A stretch of 64,000 nucleotides of DNA from the human T2T-CHM13v2.0 reference genome, Homo sapiens. The notes under the pieces are model-generated. The model saw nothing but the letters and a program-made list of their open reading frames with translations, was not told the DNA's origin and made no database searches. Every line of letters starts with the position of its first letter. The first letter of the stretch is position 1. Positions 37,601 to 52,496 of this stretch are shown here, piece after piece. The translations under genes were made by a program, and so were the position numbers. Where the stretch lies: assembly GCF_009914755.1 (NCBI RefSeq), contig NC_060930.1. One strand, 5' to 3'.

Positions 37601-40600
37601 ACTCTCTTTGTAAAGTCTACAAGTGGATATTTTGAGCCCTTGGAGGCATTCTTTGGAAAAGGGAATGTCTTCACATAAAAGGCAGACGGAAGTGTTCTCA
37701 GAAACTGCTTTGTGATGTCTGTGTTCAACTCACAGAGTTTAACATTTCCTTTGATAGAGCGGTTTAGTAACCCTCTCTTTGTAGAATTTGGAAGTGTATA
37801 CTAAGAGCGCTTTGAGGCCTATGGTAGAAAAGGAAATATCTTTCCATAAAAGCTAGACAGAAGCAATCTCAGAAACTCCTTTGCGATGTCTGCATTCAAC
37901 TCACCGAGTGGAACATTCCTCTTGAGAGAGCAGTTTGGAAACACTCTTTCTGTAGAATCAGCTTGTTTGTATTTGGACCTCCTTGAGGCCTTCGTTGGAA
38001 ACGGGTTTTCATCTTATAAACCCAGACAGAAGAATTCTCAGAGTCTTCTTTGTGATGTGTGCTTTCAACTCACCGAGATAAAGATTTCTCTTGATAGAGC
38101 AATTTGGAAACACTCTTTTTGTAGAATTTGCAAGGGTACATTGAGAGCGCTTTCAGGCCTATGGTAGAAAAGGGAATATCTTTCCATAAAAGGTAGACAG
38201 AAGCAATCTCAGAAACTACTTTGTGATGTGTGCATTCAACTCACCGAGTGCAACGTTCCTCTTGACCGAGCAGTTTGGAAACATTGTTTCTGTAGAATCT
38301 GCAAGTGGATATTTGGACCTCTTTGAGGCCTTCGTTGGAAACGGGATTTCTTCCTATAAACCCAGACAGAAGAATTCTCAGAGACTTCTTTGTGATGTGT
38401 GAATTCAACTCACAGTGTGGATCCTTCCTTTTGATAGAGCAGTTTTGAAACCCTGTTTTTGTAGTATTTCCAAGCGGATATTTGGAACGCCTTGAAGCGT
38501 ATGGTAGAAAAGGAAATATCTTCCCATAAAACCTAGACAGAACCAATCTCAGAAACGACTTTGTGATGTCTGCATTCAAGTCACAGAGTTGAACATTTCT
38601 CTTGATAGAGCAGTTTTGAAACCCTCTTTCTGAAGGATCTGCAAGTGGATATTTGGAACTCCTTTGGGTCTTCGTTGGAAACGGGATTTCTTCGTATAAA
38701 TCTAGACAGAAGAATTCTCCGAAACTTCTTTGGTTGTGTGCATTCAAGTCACAGAGTGGAACCTTCCTTTGGATAGAGCAGTTTGAAACGCCGTGGTTGT
38801 AGTATTTCCAAGCGGATATTAGAGCGCCTTGAGGCCTATGGTAGAAAAGGAAATATCTTCCCATAAAACCTAGACGGAAGCAATCTCAGAAACTACTGTG
38901 TGATGGCTGCATTCCACACACACGGTGGAACATTTCTCTTGATAGAGCAGTTTTGAAACACTCTTTCTGTAGAATCTGCAAGTGGATAATTGGACCGCCT
39001 TGAGGCCTTCGTTGGAAACGGGATTTCTTCATGTTACTCTAGATAGAAGAATTCTCAAACACTGCTATGTGATGTTTGCATTCAAGTCACAGAGTGCAAC
39101 ATTCCTCTTGGTAGAGCAGTTGGGAAACACTCCTTTTGTAGAATCTGCAATGGGATATTTGGACTTCTTTGAGGCCTTCGTTGGAAACGGGATTTCTTCG
39201 TATGAATCTAGACAGAAGAATTCTCAGAAACTTCCTTGTGATGTGTGCATTCAACTCAGCGAGTGGCACCTTCCTTTGGATACAGCAGTTTTGAAACACT
39301 GTTTTTGTAGTATTTCCAAGCGGATATTTAGAGCGCCTTGAAGCCTATGCTAGAAATGGAAATATCTCCCCATAAAACCAAGACAGAAGCAATCTCAGAA
39401 ACTAATGTGTGATGGCTGCATTCCACACACACGGTGGACCATTTCTCTTGATAGAGCAGTTTTGAAACACTCTTTCTGTAGAATCTGCAAGTGGATAATT
39501 GGACCTCCTAGAGGCCTTCGTTGGAAACGGGATTTCTTCATCTAAACCTACAGAGAAGAATTCTCAGTAACTTCTTCGGATGTGTGCATTCGACGCACAG
39601 AATGGAACATTCCCTTTGATAGAGCAGTTTTGAGACACCGTTTTTGTAGAATTCCCAAGTGGATATTTAGAGCACTTTGAAGTCTCTGCTAGAAAAGGAA
39701 ACATCTTCATGTAAAAAGTAGATAGAATCGTTCTCAGAAAGTGCTTAGTGACGTGTGCGTTCAACTCACAGAGTTTAACGTTTCTTTTGATAGAGCGTTT
39801 CTGAAACACCCTTCTTGTAGTAGCTGCAAGTGGATATTTGGACCTATTGGAGGCCTTCTTTGGAAATGGGATTTCTTCATGTAACTCTAGATTGAAGAGT
39901 TCTCAGAAACTCCTTTGTGATGTGTGCATTCAATTCAAAGAGTGAAACCTCCCTTTTCACAGAGCAGTTTTGAAACACTGTTTTTGTAGGATTTCCAAGG
40001 GGATATTTATAGCGCATTGAGCCTACGGCGGAAAAAGAAACATCTTCCTATAAAAACTAGACAGAATACTTCTCAGAATCTGCTTTGCGATGTGTGCGTT
40101 CAACTCACAGAGTAAAACTTTTCTTTTGATAGAGCAGTTTTGAAACACTCTTTTTGTAGTATTTGCATGTGTATATTTAGAGCGCATTGAAGCCCACAGT
40201 AGAAAAGGAAATAACTTCACCTAAAACCTAGACAGAAGCAATCTCAGAAACTACTTTGTGATGTGTACATTCAACTCACAGAGTGGAACTTTCCTCTTTA
40301 TAGAGCAGTGTTGAAACACTCTTTTTGTAGAAACTGCAAGTGGATATTTGGACCTCTTTGAGGCCTTCGTTGGAAACGGGATTTCTTCCTATAACCCTAG
40401 ACAGAAGAATTTTCAGAAACCTCATTGTGATGTGTGCGTTCATCTCACAGAGTGGAGTCTTCCGTTTGATAGAGAAGTTTTGAAACCCTGTTCTTGTAGG
40501 ATTTCCAAGTGGATATTTAGACCACTTTGAAGCCTATGATAGAAAAGGAAACATCTTCATGGAAAACATAGATAGAATCATCCTCAGAAACAACTTTGTG

Positions 40601-43600
40601 ATGTGTGCGTTGAACTCACCGTCTTTAACCTTTCTTTTGGTAGAGAAGTTTTGAAACACTCTCTTTGTAAAGTCTACAAGTGGATATTTTGAGCCCTTGG
40701 AGGCATTCTTTGGAAAAGGGAATGTCTTCACATAAAAGGCAGACGGAAGTGTTCTCAGAAACTGCTTTGTGATGTCTGTGTTCAACTCACAGAGTTTAAC
40801 ATTTCCTTTGATAGAGCGGTTTAGTAACCCTCTCTTTGTAGAATTTGGAAGTGTATACTAAGAGCGCTTTGAGGCCTATGGTAGAAAAGGAAATATCTTT
40901 CCATAAAAGCTAGACAGAAGCAATCTCAGAAACTCCTTTGCGATGTCTGCATTCAACTCACCGAGTGGAACATTCCTCTTGAGAGAGCAGTTTGGAAACA
41001 CTCTTTCTGTAGAATCAGCTTGTTTGTATTTGGACCTCCTTGAGGCCTTCGTTGGAAACGGGTTTTCATCTTATAAACCCAGACAGAAGAATTCTCAGAG
41101 TCTTCTTTGTGATGTGTGCTTTCAACTCACCGAGATAAAGATTTCTCTTGATAGAGCAATTTGGAAACACTCTTTTTGTAGAATTTGCAAGGGTACATTG
41201 AGAGCGCTTTCAGGCCTATGGTAGAAAAGGGAATATCTTTCCATAAAAGGTAGACAGAAGCAATCTCAGAAACTACTTTGTGATGTGTGCATTCAACTCA
41301 CCGAGTGCAACGTTCCTCTTGACCGAGCAGTTTGGAAACATTGTTTCTGTAGAATCTGCAAGTGGATATTTGGACCTCTTTGAGGCCTTCGTTGGAAACG
41401 GGATTTCTTCCTATAAACCCAGACAGAAGAATTCTCAGAGACTTCTTTGTGATGTGTGAATTCAACTCACAGTGTGGATCCTTCCTTTTGATAGAGCAGT
41501 TTTGAAACCCTGTTTTTGTAGTATTTCCAAGCGGATATTTGGAACGCCTTGAAGCGTATGGTAGAAAAGGAAATATCTTCCCATAAAACCTAGACAGAAC
41601 CAATCTCAGAAACGACTTTGTGATGTCTGCATTCAAGTCACAGAGTTGAACATTTCTCTTGATAGAGCAGTTTTGAAACCCTCTTTCTGAAGGATCTGCA
41701 AGTGGATATATGGAACTCCTTTGGGTCTTCGTTGGAAACGGGATTTCTTCGTATAAATCTAGACAGAAGAATTCTCCGAAACTTCTTTGGTTGTGTGCAT
41801 TCAAGTCACAGAGTGGAACCTTCCTTTGGATAGAGCAGTTTGAAACGCCGTGGTTGTAGTATTTCCAAGCGGATATTAGAGCGCCTTGAGGCCTATGGTA
41901 GAAAAGGAAATATCTTCCCATAAAACCTAGACGGAAGCAATCTCAGAAACTACTGTGTGATGGCTGCATTCCACACACACGGTGGAACATTTCTCTTGAT
42001 AGAGCAGTTTTGAAACACTCTTTCTGTAGAATCTGCAAGTGGATAATTGGACCGCCTTGAGGCCTTCGTTGGAAACGGGATTTCTTCATGTTACTCTAGA
42101 TAGAAGAATTCTCAAACACTGCTATGTGATGTTTGCATTCAAGTCACAGAGTGCAACATTCCTCTTGGTAGAGCAGTTGGGAAACACTCCTTTTGTAGAA
42201 TCTGCAATGGGATATTTGGACTTCTTTGAGGCCTTCGTTGGAAACGGGATTTCTTCGTATGAATCTAGACAGAAGAATTCTCAGAAACTTCCTTGTGATG
42301 TGTGCATTCAACTCAGCGAGTGGCACCTTCCTTTGGATACAGCAGTTTTGAAACACTGTTTTTGTAGTATTTCCAAGCGGATATTTAGAGCGCCTTGAAG
42401 CCTATGCTAGAAATGGAAATATCTCCCCATAAAACCAAGACAGAAGCAATCTCAGAAACTAATGTGTGATGGCTGCATTCCACACACACGGTGGACCATT
42501 TCTCTTGATAGAGCAGTTTTGAAACACTCTTTCTGTAGAATCTGCAAGTGGATAATTGGACCTCCTAGAGGCCTTCGTTGGAAACGGGATTTCTTCATCT
42601 AAACCTACAGAGAAGAATTCTCAGTAACATCTTCGGATGTGTGCATTCGACGCACAGAATGGAACATTCCCTTTGATAGAGCAGTTTTGAGACACCGTTT
42701 TTGTAGAATTCCCAAGTGGATATTTAGAGCACTTTGAAGTCTCTGCTAGAAAAGGAAACATCTTCATGTAAAAAGTAGATAGAATCGTTCTCAGAAAGTG
42801 CTTAGTGACGTGTGCGTTCAACTCACAGAGTTTAACGTTTCTTTTGATAGAGCGTTTCTGAAACACCCTTCTTGTAGTAGCTGCAAGTGGATATTTGGAC
42901 CTATTGGAGGCCTTCTTTGGAAATGGGATTTCTTCATGTAACTCTAGATTGAAGAGTTCTCAGAAACTCCTTTGTGATGTGTGCATTCAATTCAAAGAGT
43001 GAAACCTCCCTTTTCACAGAGCAGTTTTGAAACACTGTTTTTGTAGGATTTCCAAGGGGATATTTATAGCGCATTGAGCCTACGGCGGAAAAAGAAACAT
43101 CTTCCTATAAAAACTAGACAGAATACTTCTCAGAATCTGCTTTGCGATGTGTGCGTTCAACTCACAGAGTAAAACTTTTCTTTTGATAGAGCAGTTTTGA
43201 AACACTCTTTTTGTAGTATTTGCATGTGTATATTTAGAGCGCATTGAAGCCCACAGTAGAAAAGGAAATAACTTCACCTAAAACCTAGACAGAAGCAATC
43301 TCAGAAACTACTTTGTGATGTGTACATTCAACTCACAGAGTGGAACTTTCCTCTTTATAGAGCAGTGTTGAAACACTCTTTTTGTAGAAACTGCAAGTGG
43401 ATATTTGGACCTCTTTGAGGCCTTCGTTGGAAACGGGATTTCTTCCTATAACCCTAGACAGAAGAATTTTCAGAAACCTCATTGTGATGTGTGCGTTCAT
43501 CTCACAGAGTGGAGTCTTCCGTTTGATAGAGAAGTTTTGAAACCCTGTTCTTGTAGGATTTCCAAGTGGATATTTAGACCACTTTGAAGCCTATGATAGA

Positions 43601-46600
43601 AAAGGAAACATCTTCATGGAAAACATAGATAGAATCATCCTCAGAAACAACTTTGTGATGTGTGCGTTGAACTCACCGTCTTTAACCTTTCTTTTGGTAG
43701 AGAAGTTTTGAAACACTCTCTTTGTAAAGTCTACAAGTGGATATTTTGAGCCCTTGGAGGCATTCTTTGGAAAAGGGAATGTCTTCACATAAAAGGCAGA
43801 CGGAAGTGTTCTCAGAAACTGCTTTGTGATGTCTGTGTTCAACTCACAGAGTTTAACATTTCCTTTGATAGAGCGGTTTAGTAACCCTCTCTTTGTAGAA
43901 TTTGGAAGTGTATACTAAGAGCGCTTTGAGGCCTATGGTAGAAAAGGAAATATCTTTCCATAAAAGCTAGACAGAAGCAATCTCAGAAACTCCTTTGCGA
44001 TGTCTGCATTCAACTCACCGAGTGGAACATTCCTCTTGAGAGAGCAGTTTGGAAACACTCTTTCTGTAGAATCAGCTTGTTTGTATTTGGACCTCCTTGA
44101 GGCCTTCGTTGGAAACGGGTTTTCATCTTATAAACCCAGACAGAAGAATTCTCAGAGTCTTCTTTGTGATGTGTGCTTTCAACTCACCGAGATAAAGATT
44201 TCTCTTGATAGAGCAATTTGGAAACACTCTTTTTGTAGAATTTGCAAGGGTACATTGAGAGCGCTTTCAGGCCTATGGTAGAAAAGGGAATATCTTTCCA
44301 TAAAAGGTAGACAGAAGCAATCTCAGAAACTACTTTGTGATGTGTGCATTCAACTCACCGAGTGCAACGTTCCTCTTGACCGAGCAGTTTGGAAACATTG
44401 TTTCTGTAGAATCTGCAAGTGGATATTTGGACCTCTTTGAGGCCTTCGTTGGAAACGGGATTTCTTCCTATAAACCCAGACAGAAGAATTCTCAGAGACT
44501 TCTTTGTGATGTGTGAATTCAACTCACAGTGTGGATCCTTCCTTTTGATAGAGCAGTTTTGAAACCCTGTTTTTGTAGTATTTCCAAGCGGATATTCGGA
44601 ACGCCTTGAAGCGTATGGTAGAAAAGGAAATATCTTCCCATAAAACCTAGACAGAACCAATCTCAGAAACGACTTTGTGATGTCTGCATTCAAGTCACAG
44701 AGTTGAACATTTCTCTTGATAGAGCAGTTTTGAAACCCTCTTTCTGAAGGATCTGCAAGTGGATATTTGGAACTCCTTTGGGTCTTCGTTGGAAACGGGA
44801 TTTCTTCGTATAAATCTAGACAGAAGAATTCTCCGAAACTTCTTTGGTTGTGTGCATTCAAGTCACAGAGTGGAACCTTCCTTTGGATAGAGCAGTTTGA
44901 AACGCCGTGGTTGTAGTATTTCCAAGCGGATATTAGAGCGCCTTGAGGCCTATGGTAGAAAAGGAAATATCTTCCCATAAAACCTAGACGGAAGCAATCT
45001 CAGAAACTACTGTGTGATGGCTGCATTCCACACACACGGTGGAACATTTCTCTTGATAGAGCAGTTTTGAAACACTCTTTCTGTAGAATCTGCAAGTGGA
45101 TAATTGGACCGCCTTGAGGCCTTCGTTGGAAACGGGATTTCTTCATGTTACTCTAGATAGAAGAATTCTCAAACACTGCTATGTGATGTTTGCATTCAAG
45201 TCACAGAGTGCAACATTCCTCTTGGTAGAGCAGTTGGGAAACACTCCTTTTGTAGAATCTGCAATGGGATATTTGGACTTCTTTGAGGCCTTCGTTGGAA
45301 ACGGGATTTCTTCGTATGAATCTAGACAGAAGAATTCTCAGAAACTTCCTTGTGATGTGTGCATTCAACTCAGCGAGTGGCACCTTCCTTTGGATACAGC
45401 AGTTTTGAAACACTGTTTTTGTAGTATTTCCAAGCGGATATTTAGAGCGCCTTGAAGCCTATGCTAGAAATGGAAATATCTCCCCATAAAACCAAGACAG
45501 AAGCAATCTCAGAAACTAATGTGTGATGGCTGCATTCCACACACACGGTGGACCATTTCTCTTGATAGAGCAGTTTTGAAACACTCTTTCTGTAGAATCT
45601 GCAAGTGGATAATTGGACCTCCTAGAGGCCTTCGTTGGAAACGGGATTTCTTCATCTAAACCTACAGAGAAGAATTCTCAGTAACTTCTTCGGATGTGTG
45701 CATTCGACGCACAGAATGGAACATTCCCTTTGATAGAGCAGTTTTGAGACACCGTTTTTGTAGAATTCCCAAGTGGATATTTAGAGCACTTTGAAGTCTC
45801 TGCTAGAAAAGGAAACATCTTCATGTAAAAAGTAGATAGAATCGTTCTCAGAAAGTGCTTAGTGACGTGTGCGTTCAACTCACAGAGTTTAACGTTTCTT
45901 TTGATAGAGCGTTTCTGAAACACCCTTCTTGTAGTAGCTGCAAGTGGATATTTGGACCTATTGGAGGCCTTCTTTGGAAATGGGATTTCTTCATGTAACT
46001 CTAGATTGAAGAGTTCTCAGAAACTCCTTTGTGATGTGTGCATTCAATTCAAAGAGTGAAACCTCCCTTTTCACAGAGCAGTTTTGAAACACTGTTTTTG
46101 TAGGATTTCCAAGGGGATATTTATAGCGCATTGAGCCTACGGCGGAAAAAGAAACATCTTCCTATAAAAACTAGACAGAATACTTCTCAGAATCTGCTTT
46201 GCGATGTGTGCGTTCAACTCACAGAGTAAAACTTTTCTTTTGATAGAGCAGTTTTGAAACACTCTTTTTGTAGTATTTGCATGTGTATATTTAGAGCGCA
46301 TTGAAGCCCACAGTAGAAAAGGAAATAACTTCACCTAAAACCTAGACAGAAGCAATCTCAGAAACTACTTTGTGATGTGTACATTCAACTCACAGAGTGG
46401 AACTTTCCTCTTTATAGAGCAGTGTTGAAACACTCTTTTTGTAGAAACTGCAAGTGGATATTTGGACCTCTTTGAGGCCTTCGTTGGAAACGGGATTTCT
46501 TCCTATAACCCTAGACAGAAGAATTTTCAGAAACCTCATTGTGATGTGTGCGTTCATCTCACAGAGTGGAGTCTTCCGTTTGATAGAGAAGTTTTGAAAC

Positions 46601-49600
46601 CCTGTTCTTGTAGGATTTCCAAGTGGATATTTAGACCACTTTGAAGCCTATGATAGAAAAGGAAACATCTTCATGGAAAACATAGATAGAATCATCCTCA
46701 GAAACAACTTTGTGATGTGTGCGTTGAACTCACCGTCTTTAACCTTTCTTTTGGTAGAGAAGTTTTGAAACACTCTCTTTGTAAAGTCTACAAGTGGATA
46801 TTTTGAGCCCTTGGAGGCATTCTTTGGAAAAGGGAATGTCTTCACATAAAAGGCAGACGGAAGTGTTCTCAGAAACTGCTTTGTGATGTCTGTGTTCAAC
46901 TCACAGAGTTTAACATTTCCTTTGATAGAGCGGTTTAGTAACCCTCTCTTTGTAGAATTTGGAAGTGTATACTAAGAGCGCTTTGAGGCCTATGGTAGAA
47001 AAGGAAATATCTTTCCATAAAAGCTAGACAGAAGCAATCTCAGAAACTCCTTTGCGATGTCTGCATTCAACTCACCGAGTGGAACATTCCTCTTGAGAGA
47101 GCAGTTTGGAAACACTCTTTCTGTAGAATCAGCTTGTTTGTATTTGGACCTCCTTGAGGCCTTCGTTGGAAACGGGTTTTCATCTTATAAACCCAGACAG
47201 AAGAATTCTCAGAGTCTTCTTTGTGATGTGTGCTTTCAACTCACCGAGATAAAGATTTCTCTTGATAGAGCAATTTGGAAACACTCTTTTTGTAGAATTT
47301 GCAAGGGTACATTGAGAGCGCTTTCAGGCCTATGGTAGAAAAGGGAATATCTTTCCATAAAAGGTAGACAGAAGCAATCTCAGAAACTACTTTGTGATGT
47401 GTGCATTCAACTCACCGAGTGCAACGTTCCTCTTGACCGAGCAGTTTGGAAACATTGTTTCTGTAGAATCTGCAAGTGGATATTTGGACCTCTTTGAGGC
47501 CTTCGTTGGAAACGGGATTTCTTCCTATAAACCCAGACAGAAGAATTCTCAGAGACTTCTTTGTGATGTGTGAATTCAACTCACAGTGTGGATCCTTCCT
47601 TTTGATAGAGCAGTTTTGAAACCCTGTTTTTGTAGTATTTCCAAGCGGATATTCGGAACGCCTTGAAGCGTATGGTAGAAAAGGAAATATCTTCCCATAA
47701 AACCTAGACAGAACCAATCTCAGAAACGACTTTGTGATGTCTGCATTCAAGTCACAGAGTTGAACATTTCTCTTGATAGAGCAGTTTTGAAACCCTCTTT
47801 CTGAAGGATCTGCAAGTGGATATTTGGAACTCCTTTGGGTCTTCGTTGGAAACGGGATTTCTTCGTATAAATCTAGACAGAAGAATTCTCCGAAACTTCT
47901 TTGGTTGTGTGCATTCAAGTCACAGAGTGGAACCTTCCTTTGGATAGAGCAGTTTGAAACGCCGTGGTTGTAGTATTTCCAAGCGGATATTAGAGCGCCT
48001 TGAGGCCTATGGTAGAAAAGGAAATATCTTCCCATAAAACCTAGACGGAAGCAATCTCAGAAACTACTGTGTGATGGCTGCATTCCACACACACGGTGGA
48101 ACATTTCTCTTGATAGAGCAGTTTTGAAACACTCTTTCTGTAGAATCTGCAAGTGGATAATTGGACCGCCTTGAGGCCTTCGTTGGAAACGGGATTTCTT
48201 CATGTTACTCTAGATAGAAGAATTCTCAAACACTGCTATGTGATGTTTGCATTCAAGTCACAGAGTGCAACATTCCTCTTGGTAGAGCAGTTGGGAAACA
48301 CTCCTTTTGTAGAATCTGCAATGGGATATTTGGACTTCTTTGAGGCCTTCGTTGGAAACGGGATTTCTTCGTATGAATCTAGACAGAAGAATTCTCAGAA
48401 ACTTCCTTGTGATGTGTGCATTCAACTCAGCGAGTGGCACCTTCCTTTGGATACAGCAGTTTTGAAACACTGTTTTTGTAGTATTTCCAAGCGGATATTT
48501 AGAGCGCCTTGAAGCCTATGCTAGAAATGGAAATATCTCCCCATAAAACCAAGACAGAAGCAATCTCAGAAACTAATGTGTGATGGCTGCATTCCACACA
48601 CACGGTGGACCATTTCTCTTGATAGAGCAGTTTTGAAACACTCTTTCTGTAGAATCTGCAAGTGGATAATTGGACCTCCTAGAGGCCTTCGTTGGAAACG
48701 GGATTTCTTCATCTAAACCTACAGAGAAGAATTCTCAGTAACTTCTTCGGATGTGTGCATTCGACGCACAGAATGGAACATTCCCTTTGATAGAGCAGTT
48801 TTGAGACACCGTTTTTGTAGAATTCCCAAGTGGATATTTAGAGCACTTTGAAGTCTCTGCTAGAAAAGGAAACATCTTCATGTAAAAAGTAGATAGAATC
48901 GTTCTCAGAAAGTGCTTAGTGACGTGTGCGTTCAACTCACAGAGTTTAACGTTTCTTTTGATAGAGCGTTTCTGAAACACCCTTCTTGTAGTAGCTGCAA
49001 GTGGATATTTGGACCTATTGGAGGCCTTCTTTGGAAATGGGATTTCTTCATGTAACTCTAGATTGAAGAGTTCTCAGAAACTCCTTTGTGATGTGTGCAT
49101 TCAATTCAAAGAGTGAAACCTCCCTTTTCACAGAGCAGTTTTGAAACACTGTTTTTGTAGGATTTCCAAGGGGATATTTATAGCGCATTGAGCCTACGGC
49201 GGAAAAAGAAACATCTTCCTATAAAAACTAGACAGAATACTTCTCAGAATCTGCTTTGCGATGTGTGCGTTCAACTCACAGAGTAAAACTTTTCTTTTGA
49301 TAGAGCAGTTTTGAAACACTCTTTTTGTAGTATTTGCATGTGTATATTTAGAGCGCATTGAAGCCCACAGTAGAAAAGGAAATAACTTCACCTAAAACCT
49401 AGACAGAAGCAATCTCAGAAACTACTTTGTGATGTGTACATTCAACTCACAGAGTGGAACTTTCCTCTTTATAGAGCAGTGTTGAAACACTCTTTTTGTA
49501 GAAACTGCAAGTGGATATTTGGACCTCTTTGAGGCCTTCGTTGGAAACGGGATTTCTTCCTATAACCCTAGACAGAAGAATTTTCAGAAACCTCATTGTG

Positions 49601-49945
49601 ATGTGTGCGTTCATCTCACAGAGTGGAGTCTTCCGTTTGATAGAGAAGTTTTGAAACCCTGTTCTTGTAGGATTTCCAAGTGGATATTTAGACCACTTTG
49701 AAGCCTATGATAGAAAAGGAAACATCTTCATGGAAAACATAGATAGAATCATCCTCAGAAACAACTTTGTGATGTGTGCGTTGAACTCACCGTCTTTAAC
49801 CTTTCTTTTGGTAGAGAAGTTTTGAAACACTCTCTTTGTAAAGTCTACAAGTGGATATTTTGAGCCCTTGGAGGCATTCTTTGGAAAAGGGAATGTCTTC
49901 ACATAAAAGGCAGACGGAAGTGTTCTCAGAAACTGCTTTGTGATG
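34661..49945 (+). repeat. HOR units U13-U17, five consecutive 18-mers
   Basis: ORF starts at 34829, 37886, 40943, 44000 and 47057 are spaced 3057 bp apart. Confidence 0.95.
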
Positions 49946-52496
49946 TCTGTGTTCAACTCACAGAGTTTAACATTTCCTTTGATAGAGCGGTTTAGTAACC
50001 CTCTCTTTGTAGAATTTGGAAGTGTATACTAAGAGCGCTTTGAGGCCTATGGTAGAAAAGGAAATATCTTTCCATAAAAGCTAGACAGAAGCAATCTCAG
50101 AAACTCCTTTGCGATGTCTGCATTCAACTCACCGAGTGGAACATTCCTCTTGAGAGAGCAGTTTGGAAACACTCTTTCTGTAGAATCAGCTTGTTTGTAT
50201 TTGGACCTCCTTGAGGCCTTCGTTGGAAACGGGTTTTCATCTTATAAACCCAGACAGAAGAATTCTCAGAGTCTTCTTTGTGATGTGTGCTTTCAACTCA
50301 CCGAGATAAAGATTTCTCTTGATAGAGCAATTTGGAAACACTCTTTTTGTAGAATTTGCAAGGGTACATTGAGAGCGCTTTCAGGCCTATGGTAGAAAAG
50401 GGAATATCTTTCCATAAAAGGTAGACAGAAGCAATCTCAGAAACTACTTTGTGATGTGTGCATTCAACTCACCGAGTGCAACGTTCCTCTTGACCGAGCA
50501 GTTTGGAAACATTGTTTCTGTAGAATCTGCAAGTGGATATTTGGACCTCTTTGAGGCCTTCGTTGGAAACGGGATTTCTTCCTATAAACCCAGACAGAAG
50601 AATTCTCAGAGACTTCTTTGTGATGTGTGAATTCAACTCACAGTGTGGATCCTTCCTTTTGATAGAGCAGTTTTGAAACCCTGTTTTTGTAGTATTTCCA
50701 AGCGGATATTTGGAACGCCTTGAAGCGTATGGTAGAAAAGGAAATATCTTCCCATAAAACCTAGACAGAACCAATCTCAGAAACGACTTTGTGATGTCTG
50801 CATTCAAGTCACAGAGTTGAACATTTCTCTTGATAGAGCAGTTTTGAAACCCTCTTTCTGAAGGATCTGCAAGTGGATATTTGGAACTCCTTTGGGTCTT
50901 CGTTGGAAACGGGATTTCTTCGTATAAATCTAGACAGAAGAATTCTCAGAAACTTCCTTGTGATGTGTGCATTCAACTCAGCGAGTGGCACCTTCCTTTG
51001 GATACAGCAGTTTTGAAACACTGTTTTTGTAGTATTTCCAAGCGGATATTTAGAGCGCCTTGAAGCCTATGCTAGAAATGGAAATATCTCCCCATAAAAC
51101 CAAGACGGAAGCAATCTCAGAAACTAATGTGTGATGGCTGCATTCCACACACACGGTGGACCATTTCTCTTGATAGAGCAGTTTTGAAACACTCTTTCTG
51201 TAGAATCTGCAAGTGGATAATTGGACCTCCGAGAGGCCTTCGTTGGAAACGGGATTTCTTCATCTAAACCTACAGAGAAGTATTCTCAGTAACTTCTTCG
51301 GATGTGTGCATTCGACGCACAGAATGGAACATTCCCTTTGATAGAGCAGTTTTGAGACACCGTTTTTGTAGAATTCCCAAGTGGATATTTAGAGCACTTT
51401 GAAGTCTCTGCTAGAAAAGGAAACATCATCATGTAAAAAGTAGATAGAATCGTTCTCAGAAAGTGCTTAGTGTCGTGTGCGTTCAACTCACAGAGTTTAA
51501 CGTTTCTTTTGATAGAGCGTTTCTGAAACACCCTTCTTGTAGTAGCTGCAAGTGGATATTTGGACCTATTGGAGGCCTTCTTTGGAAACGGGATTTCTTC
51601 ATGTAACTCTAGATTGAAGAATTCTCAGAAACTCCTTTGTGATGTGTGCATTCAATTCAAAGAGTGAAACCTCTCTTTTCACAGAGCAGTTTTGAAACAC
51701 TGTTTTTGTAGGATTTCCAAGGGGATATTTATAGCGCATTGAGCCTACGGCGGAAAAAGAAACATCTTCCTATAAAAACTAGACAGAATACTTCTCAGAA
51801 TCTGCTTTGCGATGTGTGCGTTCAACTCACAGAGTAAAACTTTTCTTTTGATAGAGCAGTTTTGAAACACTCTTTTTGTAGTATTTGCATGTGTATATTT
51901 AGAGCGCATTGAAGCCCACAGTAGAAAAGGAAATAACTTCACCTAAAACCTAGACAGAAGCAATCTCAGAAACTACTTTGTGATGTGTACATTCAACTCA
52001 CAGAGTGGAACTTTCCTCTTTATAGAGCAGTGTTGAAACACTCTTTTTGTAGAAACTGCAAGTGGATATTTGGACCTCTTTGAGGCCTTCGTTGGAAACG
52101 GGATTTCTTCCTATAACCCTAGACAGAAGAATTTTCAGAAACCTCATTGTGATGTGTGCGTTCATCTCACAGAGTGGAGTCTTCCGTTTGATAGAGAAGT
52201 TTTGAAACCCTGTTCTTGTAGGATTTCCAAGTGGATATTTAGACCACTTTGAAGCCTATGATAGAAAAGGAAACATCTTCATGGAAAACATAGATAGAAT
52301 CATCCTCAGAAACAACTTTGTGATGTGTGCGTTGAACTCACCGTCTTTAACCTTTCTTTTGGTAGAGAAGTTTTGAAACACTCTCTTTGTAAAGTCTACA
52401 AGTGGATATTTTGAGCCCTTGGAGGCATTCTTTGGAAAAGGGAATGTCTTCACATAAAAGGCAGACGGAAGTGTTCTCAGAAACTGCTTTGTGATG
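49946..52496 (+). repeat. HOR unit U18, 15-mer
   Basis: 2551 bp period, standard junction. Confidence 0.95.
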
